Shown one piece after another: positions 11,961 through 26,049 of a stretch of DNA of 64,000 nucleotides (within the stretch, counting starts at the first letter, position 1; each line of letters opens with the position of its first letter). Made by a program: the position numbers and the translations under genes. A model generated the notes under the pieces. That model was not told where the DNA came from and did no database searches. It saw only the letters and a list, made by a program, of their open reading frames with translations. This stretch comes from Lama guanicoe (taxonomy: Eukaryota), in NCBI GenBank assembly GCA_013239625.1, contig MU054187.1, positions 12,990,974 through 13,054,973 on the forward strand. The letters are read 5' to 3'.

Positions 11961-14900
11961 TCGGGAGTAGTTACACGTTATCTTTCATACTTTTCCAAAA
12001 CTTTTTTTTTTCCCCAGGCCCTGAAACTTGGGGAACCGATACTTCTCAAAAACTGTTTTCCTGAACGTAACAACTAACAGGTCTGGGGAAAATAAAAAAT
12101 AGGATAGCCATTTCCCTATTAAGTAAGTAAAGGGAGCGAAAAAGCAAACGTGTAAGCTATTATCAGTTTAACAATGAAAGCCTGACTGTTAAATCTGCGA
12201 GGATCTCCAGAATGGCAAATTTTACATGAACAAGTTTTTTTGGATATGAACCAGGTAGCATTTCACCGTTGATATTTTAAAATGATTTTGGGGGAAAGGA
12301 TTTATTTTATCTAGGACCCTTTCTTTACAGTCTGTTCTTTTAAAAACATTCTAACTAAACTCAGAATCTATGCATAATAATCTATAACACCTAGAGAGTC
12401 GAGCTCTTCCGATTATGAGTAAATTACAGCTTCAGTTTAAGATATTTACTTACTATCATGTTTTAGGCAAATAAAGGACTTCAGTTATTAGATCAATGAC
12501 TTAACCATTATATTCATTTCAAATATTTAAAGAAGGCATCACTTACATGCCTAATTATCATATTTATATTCACCAGCCCTATACCATAGTTCAAATACAA
12601 ATGTTTATTTTTGGTGCTATTCACTCATCATAACCAAATTTGTACTCTCAAAATAGAACCTTTATACACACTGGATTTTTCCTTAAAACTGTTTCATTAT
12701 TAACAATGATACTATTTTATGTATCTGGTCTTTTTATTTGTAGAAATAAGCATCTTTTTCGTTAAGGGTCTTGGCTTGGTATGAGAAAAGGGTTTTAAAG
12801 TCACAGTAACTTCTTAAACGACTTTATAATACATTTTCAGATCATCAACTTATAAAGATAGACACAGTCTTGCCTTTACTTTGCTAATTTGTAAATGAAA
12901 GCACCATTCCAAGGTAAACAGAACAAGAAGGTTCTAATGACCAAAATTCAATATGGACTTCACCCCACCTCCCCTAGAAAGGATGCTAATCTAAATTCCT
13001 CAGAAGAGAACACTTTGTCAAACCTAAGAGACAGCTTAAACTGCAAACTCACCTTGGATTTCATTTTGTCTCGTACTGTCAAGGAATCAAGGGCCAGGCA
13101 TCTACCATATTTGGGAAGCCAGGTCAAAAATCAGTTGATTGCTATTGGATCTGTTCATACATGCAGCCGAAATAGAACTAGGTTACCACCTACCCCACTT
13201 TCTCAGACCAGAAGTTATCGGTTATTCAATACACTAAGGGATATCTGCAGAAAATAAAATACAGCACATAATGGAGGTCTCTAGTGCTGTGAGACAAAAT
13301 GTAATGATACATTGTGATATCAAACACTCACACAGTAACTGCTTTTGCTATCATATTTATTTTTAAGCTCTATAAAATATAAAATTTGAGCTGTTGGTTG
13401 AAGAATTCAACCCTGTTTGAAACTTTCCATTAAGGCATTGTGCCCAGGATTCCCATAGTTTAAAAATTATTTCAGATATAAAAAGGCAAAATGTTATTTT
13501 TCTGATCCATGAAAGATGATATTGGCAAATCCAGAAGGCACAAACTGGATGACGTCAACACAGTAGGAATATCGTGTAAAGTACCTGACTTTTGTATATC
13601 ATTGCCTACATTATAATCAAATTTATCATGTTATATTGGTTTTTATATTGAAATTTAATTATTTTTATTTATATAACCAAACCGTAACCATTAAAGGCAT
13701 GATGCATGTAATAATGAAGAAAATGATGAAAAGCACGCTGAATGTAATGTGAGCACTAATTGATATGACATAGGTCATGCTGCATCGTTATGTAACTAAG
13801 AGCTTAGTCATTGGCTAAAAGGAATATCCCACTACATGTATCCCACTTCTAAATGCTTTCCTTTTCCTGCAGCAAAATTAGATGGCTTAAAAACAATCAC
13901 ATGCTTATCCACAAATTTTGTCTAGTTACTACTTCTGAATATCAAATATGTACTAGATATCATGCAACTTACACCAAAATAAGTTATCTTCTGATGAACA
14001 GCTAAGACATAAGCCATTACTAAGAAGACCCAGTTTCTAGTGTAATTCACTAACCAGAATAACATAACTTAACTATATCCTTTAAGGACCAAGGTGCTCC
14101 CCAAATAAAGTCAGACACAAAACAACAGAAATTAGGAAAATGTGCTGCAAATTTGCCATTAGTAAAGGCAAGTCATAATAGAAAACATTACTATCTGATA
14201 TTTCCTGGAAAATTTTCAACACATAGACATATGAATAGGAATTTAAAAAAATTCTAACATGCCTTTTCCCCACTAAAGCAAAAAATTAATGTCATCTGGT
14301 AAAGGAAAACACTTGGAATAGTCAATTGTAACAAAATGTCGACATACCCTCAAAAGGACACTTTCCTTCATAAACCTCCAAACAAGTTTTATCATACAGA
14401 GTAAGCTGGCCAGATATGTGTCTGGTTATATAGAAGCCTGCAATTTTGATAGAAGTTGTTAGTGCTGTTCAATTAACAGAGAAGTTTAAATAAAAGCATG
14501 ATTTCAAAAATAAACAAACATGCCTAATTAAAAAAGAAAAAGAGAGAAAGGTAGATAGAAGGGACCCATTAGAACAATCTACAAGGTTAAATCAGAACTT
14601 TTCCAAAATGACATGGATCAACAGTTGATTAACCCAATTCAATATAACAAACACTGAGAAAGCAAAGGATAAAACACGTGTCCCTTTCCCGTTTTCCATT
14701 CCAGTAACGATCATACAATTCTTGAGTAGTCGTGAAGTTTCCAATAAAAGATAGGCTTAGAAATTTTTCTCTTCTATTTGTGTTTACCTTTAAATCATTT
14801 TAGAATTAAGCATGCATGCTTTACCTGGTCCAGTGTAAACCATCTCTAATCTCTCTGTTTCTACCACTCTTTAGGAAGATTATAACTTAAGAATAATGGC

Positions 14901-16124
14901 ATAGTAAGTTGCAAAATATACTTAGCACTTAAGGACCAATGCTTTTCCTTTGAAAGCAAAATCCTAGTTATTATTTCTTCCATATTCTTAAAATCCATAC
15001 TCTCTGGAAATAGTCAACATTTTGCGATTTAAACTGTTCAAAGTAGAACAGCAAATGGAATATTTCAAAATATTGTACTTCTAGTGCTTCTGCTTCCAGA
15101 TAACTCTCGTCACGGTCCATGCCATGGCTTGACATTGCTGGCTCTGTCCTGGACCCTTTGGAACAGTGTCTGGATGGTTGATATTACGATCCTTGCTGGC
15201 ATCTGGAGTGGTCACTTCCATGACCTACTCTTTCCCCACTGGCACGAGACCTGCAATGAGGGCCCTGCTCCCAGTAGCCTTCTGCTGAAACACAACCAAG
15301 GAAAACATCCTCTATTTATTTTAAGAATTGTATTAAATTCCGCCAAACTGAATGTCTACCAGTGTTTTGCTAACTGTTTTCCAAACTCCAACATGAATAG
15401 TAGTTAACAGTACATTTAAGGAGGCAATTATTAACTATTCACTATACCATGGAAAATTCTTTTAATAAAAATGAGAGTCTTTATACCAACACAATATGGG
15501 CAATATAACCTACTTCCTGTGCCCCTAATAAGCACATTGGTTATTACACATGACTAATAACCATTTCTTTACATAGGGTGGGAAACTTGTTATCATATGG
15601 AGAAATAACTGCCTATAGGATGTTTTCTTTTAATTGTTATTCTTAATAGAAAGTCTGAACAGCACTTCTTGAAACTAATAATGAAACGAGGGCAGTGGCA
15701 GATTTTTAAGAAGAGGGAATGGGATGATAGAGGTCCTTAACCTGAGAAAAATATGACAAATCAGGTTTTCTATTTTAAAATCAATTGTTTTTCCAAAATG
15801 GCAAACAGAGTTACTTTTTCTTTCTTCTGCCAAAGATATGTAAATAATTGGTCGTGGGAACATATGCTTATTCTCAGCAATAAGCTAGTTTGCTTTCTCA
15901 CACTATAAAATGGATTTCTGTTGACATGAAGCCACCTAGAAACCCCAGATTATCTCTTCAATCTTTTTGTCCCTAAGCCATGGGCAAAACCAATCTTGTC
16001 AGCACCTCCCAATACCTTTAAGAGGATCTGGAAATTTGCCTTGTGTTTTCCAGGTTTCAGGACAGCTGAGTTTACAGTTTTTAAATTCTTCAGAAATGAT
16101 GACTATGTCATGGAAGAAGGAAGG

Positions 16125-16235
16125 GAATGAGCATTTATTGTGTGCTTCCTATGGGCTAGGCACTGTGCTAGGCACTTCATATACAATCTTCATTCATTTT
16201 AACAAATAATGTAATAGCTTATCTATATGAATCCT
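16125..16235 (-). mobile_element. MIR SINE fragment
   Basis: gagcatttattgtgtgcttcctatgggctaggcactgtgctaggcacttcatata resembles the reverse complement of the MIR/L2 3' end. Confidence 0.6.
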
Positions 16236-19200
16236 ATTTTCTTTTAATATGCTTTTCCCCTCACTACCTCTTTGTTCTGGAATCTGCCTTCTTTAGCACC
16301 ATCAAAATTACCACTAAACAGTCGATGGAGCACTGGGACATCACAGTGTCCTGCTCATATCATCATTTTGGAGCAAGGTGACCCCTAGTAAAGCAAATAA
16401 GTCCAGAGAGGTGTGTGACATATTGAAATGATATATATTGGAATGGTATATTCAATATAGAATAGACATCCCCACTCTACAATGTCTGATTATTTACAAA
16501 CACATATTGCAAGTTACTTTGCTGGTTCAGAAATCAAAGTACATACATTAAATGGTCAATAGAGGAAAAATGTGATGAATCCTTAAACTTGAAATGATCA
16601 AGTCAGGAGATGTATTTTTTTCTCATTATTTATCAGAAAAGGTGGATTATGTCCCTAAAGTAGAATTATAAATATCCCCAACTTTTTCTTTATAATAAAA
16701 AGAGCAGCTAAGGGTCTGAGTTTATAACAAGCAACTGTATGGACAGCTCTATCAACTTCTTCCCTTTTGTATTCCTTAATTTCATTTATCCAGTGTGATA
16801 TTGCTTTGATCTCAATAGCTCTTACAGCATAAACACTTGATTTGTTCACCAAGGAAATAACTGCATACAGCACGCACTCCAAGTCTCCTTACGTATTTGG
16901 AGGTATAATTTTAAGTACTCGAAATCAAGAGGCTCTATTATTGTTAACAAAGGAATTGCCAGGAAGGGGACAAATGAAAAACCCAAACTGAATAAACTAT
17001 AGAAATTTTTTCTTCCTTCAAACAGCATTAACTCCCCCCCCCACCCCAGTCTCCCAAATCGGGGAAAAAAAAAAAAAAAGAGTAACCTCTAAAGCTGTTT
17101 TAGACAGAAGGTCAGAATTCAAAGGATCGGTAACTTAATCCACAGTGCGCTGCAATCACATTGCTATTGGAAACACAGCCAGAAGCACCATTATTCTAGA
17201 TGTTTTCATTCAGCAATGTCAATAGGTATACAACCTGGACGTTTCTCTCTACTGTAAAGGTTCAGGCTTACAGGCGATCAAGTTGCCTAGGGGTTTTGAG
17301 TTTTTCTTTAGAATTGCTGTAGAGTAAGGAAAAAAAAACAGAGCCTGCTTTACGTACTAAGGGAAACAAGAGCTTCAGTTGGTTCGAATACGGAGAGTAC
17401 CTTTTTATGGCCGAACTGTAAATAACGCTTCAAGTCTTTTAGTCTTTAGATGCTCATAATTAATACGATTGCTTATTTGAGGTGGCTTGACATTTGGAGT
17501 ATTAGACTGATTCTTTATATTTGTGGTTCATACTCTTTCAAAGGGGAAGTCTGGAAGCATCCCCTGCTTCTATCAGGAATTCTGTTTTACTATCATCAGT
17601 GATTTGGTTTACCTGCATCACAGAGTGAAACAGAGTCAAGGATCTGGGCTTTCCTGAACTCCTGTATTTTAAATGCGTATGATTCTTAAAAACAGTTGGT
17701 AGGGAGCTGTTGGTAGGGAGTTATAGGCTGGTGGCTTGTTTTCTTTAATCAATATGAGGGAAAACAAATAGTTTACCAAGAGGTCAGCCAGCCAGGAGAG
17801 GAGACCTCTACCACGCAGTTACCATCCACAGCCTCTGCTGAAAGATTCGCAAACCCCCGTGAGCTCTGGCCTCCTGGGAGAGCTGTTCACTTTCCTCCCT
17901 GTCCTTGCCTGAGAGGACAGATCCTCCTCACCAGCAGGAAGTGGCTGGAGAGGGCCACGGAGGAGGTGAAGGAGGGCCAGGACACAAACAAAGTGGGAGA
18001 GAAAGGAGGAAGTTATTCAAGACGATAATCAGAAAGCCAGCTCAATCCGAGGCCTTTTTAAAAGAATAAATGTCGTGACTTAGACATTCTAAAGGGAAGA
18101 AAAAATGGTTTTAGATGTGCAGACTTTATGTGTTTTAAATTTACAGCCCTGTTACTAGGGCACCCATCACTTTAGGGAGGCACTGCACTTGATAAATTTT
18201 TAAAAAAATTTTAAAAGAACGACCTAACTTTCTGCAAATAAATGAATTCAAGATTAATTACTTAAGATTATTTAAAAGGAGGATCTACTTCTCTAAGCTT
18301 TCTTGTTTACAGTCTCCCCGAATCATGCCTATTACCAACCAATGAAAGACACGTATTTGAAAAAAGATATTTTAAATGAGATTTTTATGAAGCAGCGTAT
18401 GATAACCTTGATCTTCTTCCCCTATATTTTTATACTTTTGGATCTCATGTCTATCACTAGTCAAGGTTTCAGTGCTGTCCTTTTCCTTAAATGTGTAGAA
18501 TTATTAAAAATTTATCTGCATTTAAGAGTGTACTACTCACCGGACTAAAGCAAATGCATGAGAGATTCAAGTTCTCATTCTGGCTTCGGCATGGGTTTTT
18601 TCTGTGCCCTTTTTTTTATTAGATTACTTATACTCTCAATTTATAATCTGTAAAGAGGCTAAACCATCAAATGGATTCAGGAAACTCATACACATTTCCA
18701 AAACAGCATGGGGATAGAAATGTTTACTGCGATGTGAAAGCTCTTATGGATAGTAAAAGAGCACCAGCTGAATTTCAAATCAGTTTAATTAAACAAGTGT
18801 AGAATGGGTGGGCATGTGAGTTTCCAGTTTTAGCACAGCTTGGTACACATCTCAGGTACTCAGTAAGTGTTGTTTAAGTTCATTAGTACATGCGCACTCG
18901 GCTACTTAATGGAACATGGCCAGGGTAGGTGAAAGAAAAATGATTTCTCTGAATTTCCTTTGCTTCTACATCTTCCTTTATTTTCCTTATATGTTGTTAT
19001 ATTTGCCTGTCACTGGAAACTACAGTTGGACTGAGTAGGGCGTCATCTTTATAAGGGAGTTAATTTCATTCTCACATGCAAAACGTACTTGAATTACTTT
19101 GTGGCGCAAAATTGAGCCATTGAAAATGTGCCAGAAATTTGCCATCCTGACGTAAAGGATGGCAAATTTAACCAAAACTGTAACCAAACTCTAAGGAAAT

Positions 19201-19783
19201 TAAGAAATCAGAAGAGACCAGAAATCACTGTATTCACCTGGTATATGTGTTGGGGTAGGACAGGAAAATGGAATAAAAAGTTAAGACTCAGTTTCAAAAA
19301 CGCTCCCATACATTGTATTTTAGCTATGCCCATTATATTCCTCCTGATGTGCTCTGTTACTACATCAGTTTATAGTTAATCAAAAAAAAAACCAGAAAAA
19401 ATAATTTTAAAAAAATTTTAAGGAGACGCAAAGGAGAGAAAGTATCTTTAAAGAAACCCTACGTCTTCTGCCTTTAAGAAATACCTCTTTGTGGACATAT
19501 CCACAATGCTGTCATTTAAAAATTTTGCAGCTTTTAGGCTATTCAGAAATCTAACTAACCAAGCTAGTCAGCCAGCTAGTCATCCAGCAAATGCATCTAG
19601 TATGTGCCACGTACTGCAGGCACTAGAGGATGAAGCAGCCAGACAGACAGAATTCCCACTTGTCATGTAGGCATAAAAGAGAGTAAATAAATCAAAAGGT
19701 GGCCAACTGGATAAAAGTATTTATTTTTTGCTTTCTCTACAAACCTCACCAGAGCAACAACAGTAAATATATTTTTTAAAAGC

Positions 19784-19978
19784 ATATAGTTTCCTGGGTT
19801 ATACAGTAGGCCCTTGTTGTTTATATTTTTATATATAGCAGTGTATGTATTTAATAACCTATAATGGAAAAGAACCTGAAAAAGAATACATATATATGTA
19901 TATGTGTAACTGAATCACTATGCTGTACACCTGAAACTACCACAACATTATAAATCAACTATACATCAATAAAAAAAA
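19784..19978 (+). mobile_element. Short 5'-inverted L1 3'-end insertion (cetartiodactyl-type L1)
   Basis: 19855-19978 is a forward L1 3' end with an A tail. 19784-19854 is the reverse complement of the adjacent upstream L1 segment, as seen by comparison with the copy at ~24669-24739. Confidence 0.85.
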
Positions 19979-19989
19979 TTTTAAAGCAT

Positions 19990-21600
19990 AAATCCCAAAG
20001 AACAAAGAAGGCAGGTAATAAGAAAACAGAAACAAATTTTAGAAGTGAAAAAACAGTCAGACCACTCGTAACTGACTTAGCAGATCTGAAAAAGCTGAAC
20101 CTAGTGTGAAAATAAACTGAAAAGCAACCCAGTTTACCCCCTACATCTCAGAAATTGGTAGAAGCAGGGACTTCTGGAAGTGGAAGTAAAAGGAAGACTA
20201 GAAAGAGAAGGAGGATAAGGTGTAAGTCAAGAAGTGGTTAGATTCCCATTGCTACTCAGAGAGTAAGATAAGTAGACTCAGGACTGAAAGAGAAAGCTCT
20301 GGAATGCATTGAGGAAAGGGGCGCCAGGTGGGCTCTGTTGGGGTCTGTTTACTGAATGTCGAATGCTGGGACACAAGGAATTCTGGCACAAGTGCTCCCC
20401 CTTCACTCCACCAAACATTTTCCTCAGTAGGATTCCTAGAACAGTGGCAGCTGGACCTAGGTTATCCGGGCGGAGCCTAAAAGGGCTAACCATCCCACGA
20501 GGAAAGACTTAAGACACTTATACCTGGCGGTCCACCAAGGAGAGGACTCAGCCTGATTGCCCTGCAGTAGAAAACACAGTCTATAAGTCCTTAAACATTA
20601 ATCAATTTTAGGATGTCCCACTTACATCTGAGCCAATAGTCATGGATTACTTACGTCTGAGGAAAGCCTCTATCAAAAATGTAGAAATCAAATGAACAGA
20701 GAAAAGCAGGAAACAGAGATATTGCAAAAGCAAAAAAATAAAAACAAACTCTGACTAACATCCTCCAAGAAATAAGATACTGCAGCCATGAAACAAGACA
20801 GGAAAATAATAACAAAGCTAATTTTTTTTTAAAAAAAGAAGAACATCCAACAACAAAAAAGAGCCCTTAGAAATAAAAAGTAGGATAACAGAAATGTGAA
20901 ATTCAGTGAGGTTTGGAAAATAAAACTGAGGAAGTTTCCCAGAGAATAGAGCAAAAGAGATGGGAAATAGGACAGAAGAACAGAAAATGTAAGAAAATGC
21001 AGAGCTGTAGGAAAATCTGGTGGTCCAACATCCAAATAACTGGAGTTTCAGAAAGCGAGCAGAGAAAATGAAGGGTAACATTTAAATAAATAATTGTAAA
21101 ATATTTCCTAGGACATGTGTTTTCAGATTGAAAGAGCTCAATGTATATCCAACAATGTATATCCGACAAAGTGAGTGGGAAAAAACCCCACCCCAATGGA
21201 CATTGTTGAGAAATTTCAAAACGCTTGGAAAGGGGGTAGCCCCTACAAGCTTCCAGAGAGAAAAAATGGATTGCATACAAAGCATGGGTCACGACTTCAG
21301 ACTTCTAAATTGGAACATCTGTTTCCAGGAGGTAATAGAGCAATGCCTTCAAATTCCTTAAGGAAAAATAATTCTCAACCTAGAGTTTTGTATGCTAACA
21401 TACTTTATAACAAGTAGGAAAATTGAAGATATTTAAAATAAGGCTATTAGTCAAAATATCAGGTCTCAAAAATTTATTTTCTGAACATCCTTTCTCAGAA
21501 AGCTAATAGAGGATACATTCCACTGAAATTTGGGAACAAGTCTCCTTTATGAAATAAGTAAATAAAATAGGAGAGAGAAGACTCTGATCCCTGGTGTTGA
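19990..21600 (+). mobile_element. Ancient L1/HAL1-like element (5' region and ORF1 remnant)
   Basis: A-rich strand with degenerate ORF1-type motifs (tccaacatccaaataactggagtttcagaa; ttcagattgaaagagctca; caatgccttcaaattc...ttctcaacctagagtttt). No intact ORF. Confidence 0.7.
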
Positions 21601-21989
21601 TGGTTAAGGGAAGTTCTAGGATGGCTCTGCACCAGGCAGTCCAGATTGGAGAAGGTCAAGAGGCACCAGGAAAGTTTTCATCAAGATGAAAAAAATGACA
21701 GAGCAGTTGGTACACCCGAATATAGGGAAAGGAGATGTGAACTATAGGGGAGAGGATGAAATTGACTTATTAAAAGGAATGGTGGACTACTACATGGTGT
21801 GGCATACATGTAAGTGGAGGGATTTTTGTAGAATTATTTGACATTTAAGGTGATGTACATATAATTTTGATTAAAATAAAAATAGAAAAATAGATATTTT
21901 CCTGCTCCTGTGTGGGTATGTGTGTGTGTGTGCATGTGTGTATTAGTTATTGACAAGCAGGAAAAAAGTTTCAGGTAAAGTTTGGTAGA

Positions 21990-22610
21990 AAAGGACATGG
22001 GGGAAGTGGCGGGTGTTAGCTATTCAAGGAAACCTGCTTGGAGGAGACGTCACTTGAGTTGAGACACAAATGATAAAAGGTAAAAAACTAGGGTGGGGAG
22101 AGAGGAATGTGGTCCACAGAAAAGAAACAGCTAGTTAAAAGGGGACAGCTTGGCAAGTAGGAGGGAAGAAAGAAAGACCCGTGGAGGAGGGAGAAAATGA
22201 AGCACAGGACCGGGGGCCAGGTGTGGAGCGCAGAGCACTGCAGGCCGGGTAAGGGCTGGGGTTTTATTCTAGGTGGAACAGGAAGTTACCAGAAGTGCTT
22301 TCTTGGTTGCTTGCCCTTATTTTGCTTTTGAGCAGAAAAGTGGCATGATCTGATTTCCGCATATGAGACCACTCTGGCTGCTGCATTCAGGATAGATAAC
22401 AGGCGAACAAGAACAGAGTCAGGGAGGCAAATTAGGGAGCTAGTGCAGCAGTAAATCCAGGTAAGGGGTGCCAATAATGTAGACTAGGTTTTCATGGGAA
22501 GAGGATGTGTAGTCAGCTTTAGGGCATATTTTGGAACCACAGCCCATAGGGCTTGGAGATTGGATGTGGGTTTGAGGCAAAAAAAGAAATTAAGAATGAC
22601 TCCAGTCTCT
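21990..22610 (-). mobile_element. L2 LINE fragment
   Basis: Typical L2 antisense motifs (ggttttattctag; tggcatgatctgattt; accactctggctgctg; ttggatgtggg...aagaatgactcc). Confidence 0.7.
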
Positions 22611-22959
22611 CCACACGAACAATAAACACCACTGATTTGACTTTCATCTCCATTCAGGTCTTCTTTCTGCTTTCTTGCTCATACAATAACATGACATAAA
22701 CACAAAGAGCCTGAATAATTAGAATCTAAATAGTTGAAAGTTAACTGAAAGCCTTTTCATGACTATCTAGTCAAACTATCTGACACGCCCCCTTGTCCGC
22801 ACCCCTGTCCTCGCTCCTCACCAACCTTCTCTCTGTCACCCTGGATACCATGCTCACTCCTGTGTCTATATTATATTTCTTTATGTTTCCCTATACGCAC
22901 CAGCCTGACATAATAACGTCTTTACTCCTCTTCTCTGCTGGCTTCCCTCTCATCATGGT

Positions 22960-23375
22960 CGGCTCTTACTTTGGTAGCCCCCATTGAACCCATACCGCCC
23001 CCAAAAGATTAATTCTGGGCTTGGCAGATGGGTCATTAGCAAGGACGATGCAAGCAGAGACCTGAATTGGTTTTGCACCTTGGGGCTTATCCTCTGGGAA
23101 AGCTTGCTCTTTGGATCTAGCCATCACTAAGAAGCCCAAGCTAGTCATGTGGTAGAAGAGGGGTCCCAGTCTATCAGCCACCCAACCATGGTACTGGACA
23201 TGAGAGTGAAGCCACATAGACATTCCAGTTCCAGCCACCGTCTGACAGCAATTGGGAGAGATTCCAAGTGATTCCAGAAGAAGAGCCACCCGTCTGAGCC
23301 CAGCCAATCCACAGCATCATGGGCAAATAAAATGATAGGACGGTTTGTAATATAGCAATAAGTAATAAAAATACC
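22960..23375 (+). mobile_element. MaLR (MLT1-like) LTR
   Basis: End resembles an MLT terminus (gtttgtaatatagcaataagtaataaaaata), with internal gagcccagccaatccacagcatcatgggcaaataaaatg. Confidence 0.6.
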
Positions 23376-23472
23376 TACATTGAAGCTACTCTTGCAAAGG
23401 TTAGTAATCACATACGTACTGTCAAAACCAATGGACACATTTCTGTCTTTATCTTGTCTTAATTGTAACATC

Positions 23473-23770
23473 TTTTTTTTATTATTGTGGTAAAACATAC
23501 ATAACATAATATTTACCATTTTAACCATTTTAACTGTATCACTCAGTAGCATTAAGGACATTTACAATGTTGTGCAACCATCACCACCATCCACCTCCAG
23601 AATTGTTTTCATCTTCTCACACTGCAACTCGGTACCCATTAAACACTAATTCTCAATTTCTCCCTTCCCCCAGCCCCTGGCAACCACCATTCTGCTTTCC
23701 GTTTTTATGAATTTGAATTTTCTAAGCATCTCATATAAGTGGAATCATAAAACATTTGTCCTTTTGTGTC
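23473..23770 (-). mobile_element. L1MB-like 3' end
   Basis: T-run followed by attgtggtaaaacatacataacat...ttgtgcaaccatcaccaccatccacctccagaa...cccagcccctggcaaccaccattctgcttt. Confidence 0.85.
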
Positions 23771-24424
23771 ATAATTGTTACATCATAATTTAATCTGAAT
23801 TGTAGCCTCTCACAGTGCTGCACTTTCCTTTTTGAGATTTTCTTCTCCCTGAGGTCTTGTCATACCGCTCCCTTTTGGTACTTTCCCTTCATTTTTCTGA
23901 TTCTTCCTTCTTGGTCTCTTCTGAGGATTGCTCTTTCTCTACTGACGCTAATTCCTCTTAAATGCCATGCTCCTTCAAGGGTTTTCTCCTGTGTGACCTC
24001 ATTACCTTCTATGCTTCAATTACCACACGTGTGCAGTGATAACCAGAGCACCGTCTTTGACATTACAAAGTTAATTTTTAGAAATTTGAACTAATTCTTG
24101 ATATCTTTCCTTTTCTCAGCAATATGTCTCCTCCCCAAACCCCAAAGTCTTTCTCCCATTGAGATTAGGCTTTGAAGCTAGGATGGGGATGATGGAAGAT
24201 ACAGTGTAAGAGAAGACCCTCTAAGACAAGAAAGGAAAGAGAGAAGCCTTCCACTTCTGGACGCTGGCTGTGAGAATAAAAAACTTAAGCAATTGGTTAA
24301 AGCTCAGTGGGCTTATGAAGAGGTGGCTGTCAGAAGGGAGACCACGCCTAAGTTATAGGCTCAGGTTTGAATCTCTTTAGGATGTGGGACTAGACCCCAC
24401 CCCTCCACCAAAAGCACTGAATGG

Positions 24425-24830
24425 TCTTAGCCATAAAAAGAATGAAATACTACCATTTGCAGCAACATAGATGGTCCTAGAGATGATCATACTAAGTGAA
24501 GTAAGTCAGACAAAGACAAATACCATATGATATCACTTATATGTGGAATCCAAAAAAAGGATACAAATGAACTTATTTACAAAACAGAAATAGACTCACA
24601 GATACAGAAAACAGATTTATGGTTACCAAAGTGGAAAGGGGAGGGAGGGATAAATTAGGAGTCTGGGATTAACAGATACACACGACTATATATAAAAGAT
24701 AAACAACAAGAACCTACCATACAGCACAGGGAACTATATTCAGTATCTTGTAGTAAACTATAATGGAAAAAATCTGAAAAAGAATATATATATATGTATG
24801 TGTATATACATATGTAAAAATAAATCATTG
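24425..24830 (+). mobile_element. L1 3' end (ORF2 C-terminus and 3' UTR), cetartiodactyl-type
   Basis: gccataaaaagaatgaaatactaccatttgcagcaacatagatgg...ctaagtgaagtaagtcagac...gggataaattaggagtctgggattaacagatac. Confidence 0.9.
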
Positions 24831-26049
24831 GATGGTCAGTAACTGAGAACTAGTAACCTTACCTACTATTCTCTTGGAGTTATCATATAACTCCAGAAAT
24901 AAACATAAATATGTTTAAAAAATAAAGACCTATATATATGAGTTATATTTTACAATAAAAATGTAAAATGTGAACACATGGATGAAGACATCAGAGACTT
25001 TTACTATTAATACTTAAAAATTTGAGGACCAGTGAGGTGATGCATTTTATAGTCATTGGGTTGTTCTCTCTATTCCTCATCAACTTTTAGGATATTTGAA
25101 TTCTTTCTTGCATCTTGAAATCAGACTTGTGATCATAATTTGAAATGGTTAAGGGAATTTGATTAATTAAATGGGGTTAATGTTTCAAGAAGATACAATT
25201 GGTTAAACTTATGAGTTAATTAAACAAATAAATGGAAGTAATTTCTCTCATTTTTGTGAAAAATAACCAGATTCATGAGTAAAATGAGTTCTGTAGGTTG
25301 ACTTGTTAAGCTCTGGGCTAAACAACTATCTATTAAAACACAAATGAATACGTGAATTCCTTTCTATACACAAAAGTCGTCTTCAGGCGTGAAAATCTAT
25401 CCCATTATGGCTGAGAGAAGGCAGCCAAGGATTCCTGGGTCTCCCGTAGGGACATGAAAGTGCTGAGGAATCTGACGAACTAAGTAGAGTCCTTTTGTGA
25501 AAATGAGGAGGCCACAAATGGGTCACTTGAGCCTGGAGGACACTATGGGGACCAAGGGCTTGAAGAGTAGGGACCAGCATGGTGCTGGACAGGACCACAC
25601 AGGACCAACCACACCTGTGCCCACTACCAGGGTTCACAGCCTTCCAGCAAGATGAGGACACCTCCATGAGGGCCACAGGTGACACCCAGCATAGCACGTG
25701 TACCACAGATGCAACAGTGACACCCACCCCAAGGCCAGGATGGGGCATGAATGAATCCCCTGGGCACTTAGATCACCGCAGGGAGAAGGGTGAGCAGAGG
25801 AGTTCCAGAGAATCCAGAACTATCAGGGATTATTACATCCTGAAGGGACCCTGGAATAGACACGTTTAAGGATTTTTGTTGTCGTTACTGTTGTAACGGG
25901 TATTAGTTTTTATTTTGCTGCTGTGTGCTTGGAAGCAGGATGCAATCAGTTGTGGGAAATAAAATGAACTTTGATTTCACATCTGAGTCCTGCATAAAGT
26001 GTAATAAAGAGCACACTGCCCTAACAGATGACATCTTCTAAGCTCCCAA

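Noticed and set aside
11304..11970. Overlapping Arg/Pro/Ala-rich ORFs on both strands
   Set aside because: Expected from stop-codon scarcity in a CpG island, and they begin at non-ATG codons. Only the frame continuous with EYA1 was kept as a hypothesis.
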